64,000 nucleotides of DNA from Alphaproteobacteria bacterium (GTDB taxonomy: Bacteria; Pseudomonadota; Alphaproteobacteria; JAAXGF01). Position numbers and translations under genes: made by a program. The stretch lies in assembly GCA_963555825.3 (NCBI GenBank), contig CAUVXB020000002.1, positions 1,312,001-1,376,000 on the forward strand. The letters are read 5' to 3'. Below are positions 61,120 through 64,000 of the stretch, in pieces. The first letter of the stretch is position 1. Every line of letters starts with the position of its first letter. The notes beneath the pieces were generated by a model. It was not told the DNA's origin and made no database searches. It was given only the letters and a program-made list of their open reading frames with translations.

Positions 61120-62151
61120 CTATGCGGCCGCCTCCTTGGTTGACCAGATGAAGTCCGTTCCATCACGCCACATGCGATGGAGGATGACCGCCAGCTTCCG
61201 TGCCACGGCGATCTTGGCCTTCTTGAAGCCGATGCGTTTCCACAACCTGTGACCCCAGGCCTTGAGCGCGCACCATCGCGGCACCCGGGTGAGCAGCACG
61301 CCGGCCGCCTCGAAGAGGTAGGTCCTGAGCATTCGATCGCCGCATTTGGAGATCCGCCCCGTCCAATCGACCTCGCCGGAAGCATGGCGGCGCGGCGTCA
61401 GCCCGATGTACGCGCCGACACTCCGGGAACGTCGGAAGCGGCTCGGCTCGTCGATCGCCGAGTGGAAGGCCAAGGCGGTGATCGGCCCGATGCCTGGAAC
61501 CGTCATGGAACGTCTGCTGTCCTCGTCGTTCCGCGCCAGGCCCAGCAGCTTGCGATAGAGCGCGGCGATCTCTCGGCCGACCTTCTCGCGGACTTCCAGA
61601 AGGGGCCGAACGGCCTCCGACAAAAGACCCTGCCCGCCAAGCAGCTCTTCGACCCGGCGACGGAAGACATTGCCGCCCGCCTTGCCGATGACGAGGCCGA
61701 GGTTCTTGAGCAAGCCACGGATCTGGTTCTCGAGATCACGCTTGATCTTGACCAACTGGGCCCGGCTGTTCAGGACGGCCCGTATCTCGTGGCACGCCAC
61801 GCTCTTGACTTGGACCTCCTTGTACCAACCGCACTGCATGATCCGCGCGATCCCGGCGGCATCGTTCCGGTCGCTCTTGTTGATCTGCATCGACAGCGCC
61901 GCCTTGGCATGACGCGCATCGATGCAGATCACCGGCAAGCCGAGCGCCCTGAGCTCATGCCACAGCCAGGTCGTCGTCGGACCGGTCTCCAGACCGATGC
62001 GCTTTGCGTGCGGCGCCGTTGTCCTGATATACGCCGCGATTGCCGCCGGCTCCGAGATCACCACGCCCTCGGACACGATCTCGCCGTTGTCATCGACCAC
62101 GCAGATCGAGGTCTCCTTGAGCGATACATCCATTCCAACATACAGTTCCAT
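61120..62151 (-). CDS. IS110-family recombinase/transposase (DEDD RuvC-like + Tnp)
   Basis: GMDVS, GLETG, KSDRNDA, VPGIG, GLTP...SG......ISKCG. Confidence 0.95.
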   Translation of the reverse strand: MELYVGMDVSLKETSICVVDDNGEIVSEGVVISEPAAIAAYIRTTAPHAKRIGLETGPTTTWLWHELRALGLPVICIDARHAKAALSMQINKSDRNDAAGIARIMQCGWYKEVQVKSVACHEIRAVLNSRAQLVKIKRDLENQIRGLLKNLGLVIGKAGGNVFRRRVEELLGGQGLLSEAVRPLLEVREKVGREIAALYRKLLGLARNDEDSRRSMTVPGIGPITALAFHSAIDEPSRFRRSRSVGAYIGLTPRRHASGEVDWTGRISKCGDRMLRTYLFEAAGVLLTRVPRWCALKAWGHRLWKRIGFKKAKIAVARKLAVILHRMWRDGTDFIWSTKEAAA

Positions 62152-62652
62152 AGCTGCTCTCCTGCTCTTTCAGTGTGCTCGCCCGGCCCATGCCGGTCGT
62201 TGCTACATTAAGGAGAGCAGTGCCCGATCCCCGAGTTACGCCATGTGTGAAAACGCCGGCGAATGCTACTAGCGAGGGAGTGTTCAGCATAATGTTCTAA
62301 ATCACCCTATTATAAGATGTTGATTTTGTTGAACTTGAAAATTCGAGAATCCAGAGAAAATCACGCCAAGAGCGCTCGGGAGCAGTTTTCACACAGCCTG
62401 GGTCAACAGCAGACCTCGGCGGCGTCATCACGCGGTGTCCGCTTTCGAGCGGTAAGCCGACGTCGAACGCCTTGTCCCGCGATCCAGCGTCTTTAAGGTC
62501 TGCTAACGAGCGGGAAGCGGACGCCGACGATCAGCCTCTCGTATGTCTGCTCATAGCCATCACCAGACATGCGGCATGCAGAGCGAGTTTGATTCGCGGG
62601 CCGGAACGGATATTCTGAGGCGCGGAACCAGTGGTCTTGCGGGGAACGTCCG

Positions 62653-63810
62653 ATGAAGACGTTCGTGCTTCCCGATCTCGGTGAGGGTCTGCACGAGGCG
62701 GAGATCGTCGCGTGGCACGTCAGCGCGGGCGACAGCGTCGTCGAGGACGACGTGATCGTCTCCGTCGAGACGGACAAGGCCGTGACCGAGGTGCCCGCCC
62801 CGTGGTCGGGGACGATCGCGCGGCTGTGCGCGGAGGTGGGCGACGTCATCAAGGTGGGCGACGCGATCGTCGCATACGCCGGCGACGACGACGACGATGG
62901 GGCCGTGCCGGAAGCGCGCCCGTCCGATGCGCGCTGGACGGTCGCCGGCGCCGGGACGCGCGTCGCCGCGCCGCAGCCGGGCGCGGGCGTCGCTGTCATG
63001 CCCGCCGTGCGGCTTCTTGCGGCAGAGTTCGACGTCGCGCTTGACGGTGTGACCGGCACCGGGCCCGACGGCGCGATCCTGGCGCGCGACGTCGCGCAAG
63101 CGGCCAAGACGCGCGCGACCCACGACACCGTTGCCGCCGGCGCCGAGCCGGGTGCCCCCGAGACGGTCGAGGAAGCGGCCGACTGGGAGCCACTGAGCGG
63201 GCCGCGCCGGACGATGGCGCGCAACATGGCGCGGGCGCATGCCGAGGTGGTTCCCGCCACGGTCCACGAGGAGGCGGACATCGGCGCGTGGGCTTCGGAC
63301 GAGGACGTGACGGTGAGGTTGGTCCGCGCGCTGTTGGCCGGCGTCGCCGCGGAACCGGCGCTCAATTGCTGGTTCGACGCGCAAAGAGGCCGCCTGGTGC
63401 ACGAGACGGTGGACGTCGGCATCGCGGTTGACACGCCGGCCGGCCTTTTTGTGCCGCCGCTTCGGGGCACCCAGGGCCTTGCCCCGAGCGCGCTGCGCGG
63501 CGAGCTGGACCGCCTCGTGTCGGGTGCGCGGAACCGTTCGCTTTCGGCGGGCGAGCTCAAGGGTGCGACGATCACGCTCAGCAACTATGGCGCCATTGCC
63601 GGGCTTCACGCGACGCCGGTCGTGATGCCGCCCCAGGTCGCGATCCTCGGCGCCGGCCGATCGCGCGCGCAGGTGATTGCCGGCGACGACGGGCCCGTCG
63701 TCGGCCGCGTGCTGCCACTATCGCTCAGCTACGACCATCGTGCCGTGACGGGCGGCGAGGCGGCCCGGTTCATCCGCGCCGTCGTCGCGGATCTGACAAT
63801 GGCGGACTAG
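62653..63810 (+). CDS. 2-oxoacid dehydrogenase E2 (dihydrolipoamide acyltransferase)
   Basis: LPDLGEGL, VETDKA lipoyl site, GTGPDGAI E3-binding motif, LSYDHR. Confidence 0.92.
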   Translation: MKTFVLPDLGEGLHEAEIVAWHVSAGDSVVEDDVIVSVETDKAVTEVPAPWSGTIARLCAEVGDVIKVGDAIVAYAGDDDDDGAVPEARPSDARWTVAGAGTRVAAPQPGAGVAVMPAVRLLAAEFDVALDGVTGTGPDGAILARDVAQAAKTRATHDTVAAGAEPGAPETVEEAADWEPLSGPRRTMARNMARAHAEVVPATVHEEADIGAWASDEDVTVRLVRALLAGVAAEPALNCWFDAQRGRLVHETVDVGIAVDTPAGLFVPPLRGTQGLAPSALRGELDRLVSGARNRSLSAGELKGATITLSNYGAIAGLHATPVVMPPQVAILGAGRSRAQVIAGDDGPVVGRVLPLSLSYDHRAVTGGEAARFIRAVVADLTMAD

Positions 63811-63863
63811 GCCCGGCGACGCGGCCGTGTCGCGTTGAAACTGAAACGTTGGAGGAAGATGCC

Positions 63864-64000
63864 ATGGCCAAATATCACGTACGCAACGCCGATACCTACG
63901 GCCACGCCATAGGGATTCTGCTGCTCGACTACCGCGGACCGTTCATCCCCGGCGACGTCGGCAACGCGACGACCTACGACTACCCCGTGCTGTACAAGCT
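63864..64000 (+). CDS. Aspartate/glutamate racemase-like family protein, 3'-partial
   Basis: GGAGG RBS; YGHAIGILLLD...P.IPGDVGNATTY.YPV. Confidence 0.7.
   Translation, partial: MAKYHVRNADTYGHAIGILLLDYRGPFIPGDVGNATTYDYPVLYK

Larger units (their letters stand above)
60478..62243 (-). mobile_element. IS110-family (IS1111-type) element
   Basis: Subterminal IR TAACTCGGGG (60482) / CCCCGAGTTA (62229); TGT core at both junctions; long 3' non-coding end containing TTGACA. Confidence 0.88.
60470..62400. mobile_element. IS1182-like MITE (~162 bp once IS110 is removed); its left TIR is interrupted by IS110
   Basis: Reconstructed TIR CAGACTGTGTGAAAAC versus GTTTTCACACAGCCTG (62385-62400); 4-bp TSD GGTC. 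Confidence 0.7.

Noticed and set aside
63727-63756. Inactive E2 because of DHRAVTG instead of DHRxxDG
   Set aside because: The catalytic His is retained, and this variant is not sufficient evidence of inactivity.

Overview
High-GC alphaproteobacterial-type chromosomal window. Core metabolic genes include the ethylmalonyl-CoA cluster (mcd-ccr / ecm), a Dpp-type and a Liv-type ABC transporter, an HpnB-like glycosyltransferase, a FixLJ-like two-component system, a GltD/PyrK-like fused oxidoreductase, an acyl-CoA dehydrogenase and a 2-oxoacid dehydrogenase E2. The window is heavily invaded by IS elements (2x IS630, 3 apparently identical copies of an IS3-like element, IS4, IS21, ISKra4, IS1595, IS1380, an IS1182-like MITE and IS110), with a nested IS cluster at about 51-62.4 kb and several single-lesion pseudogenes. 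Main points of interest: (1) an IS110/IS1111-type element whose 203-bp 3' non-coding bridge/seek-RNA region is present as three tandem copies, with guide segments readable by eye that match an IS1182-like terminal repeat (target) and its own circle junction (donor); (2) a lower-GC three-gene islet with an uncharacterised ~424-aa protein, an Xre/MbcA antitoxin and a RES toxin; (3) an IS3-like element with a 14-bp target duplication and a head-to-tail dimer; (4) an unannotated Flp pilin next to two GT87 glycosyltransferases and a 20-bp tandem repeat; (5) a probable SuhB/MmgR-like sRNA. All calls are by eye from motifs; no database searches were run, and the tandem duplications could be assembly artefacts.
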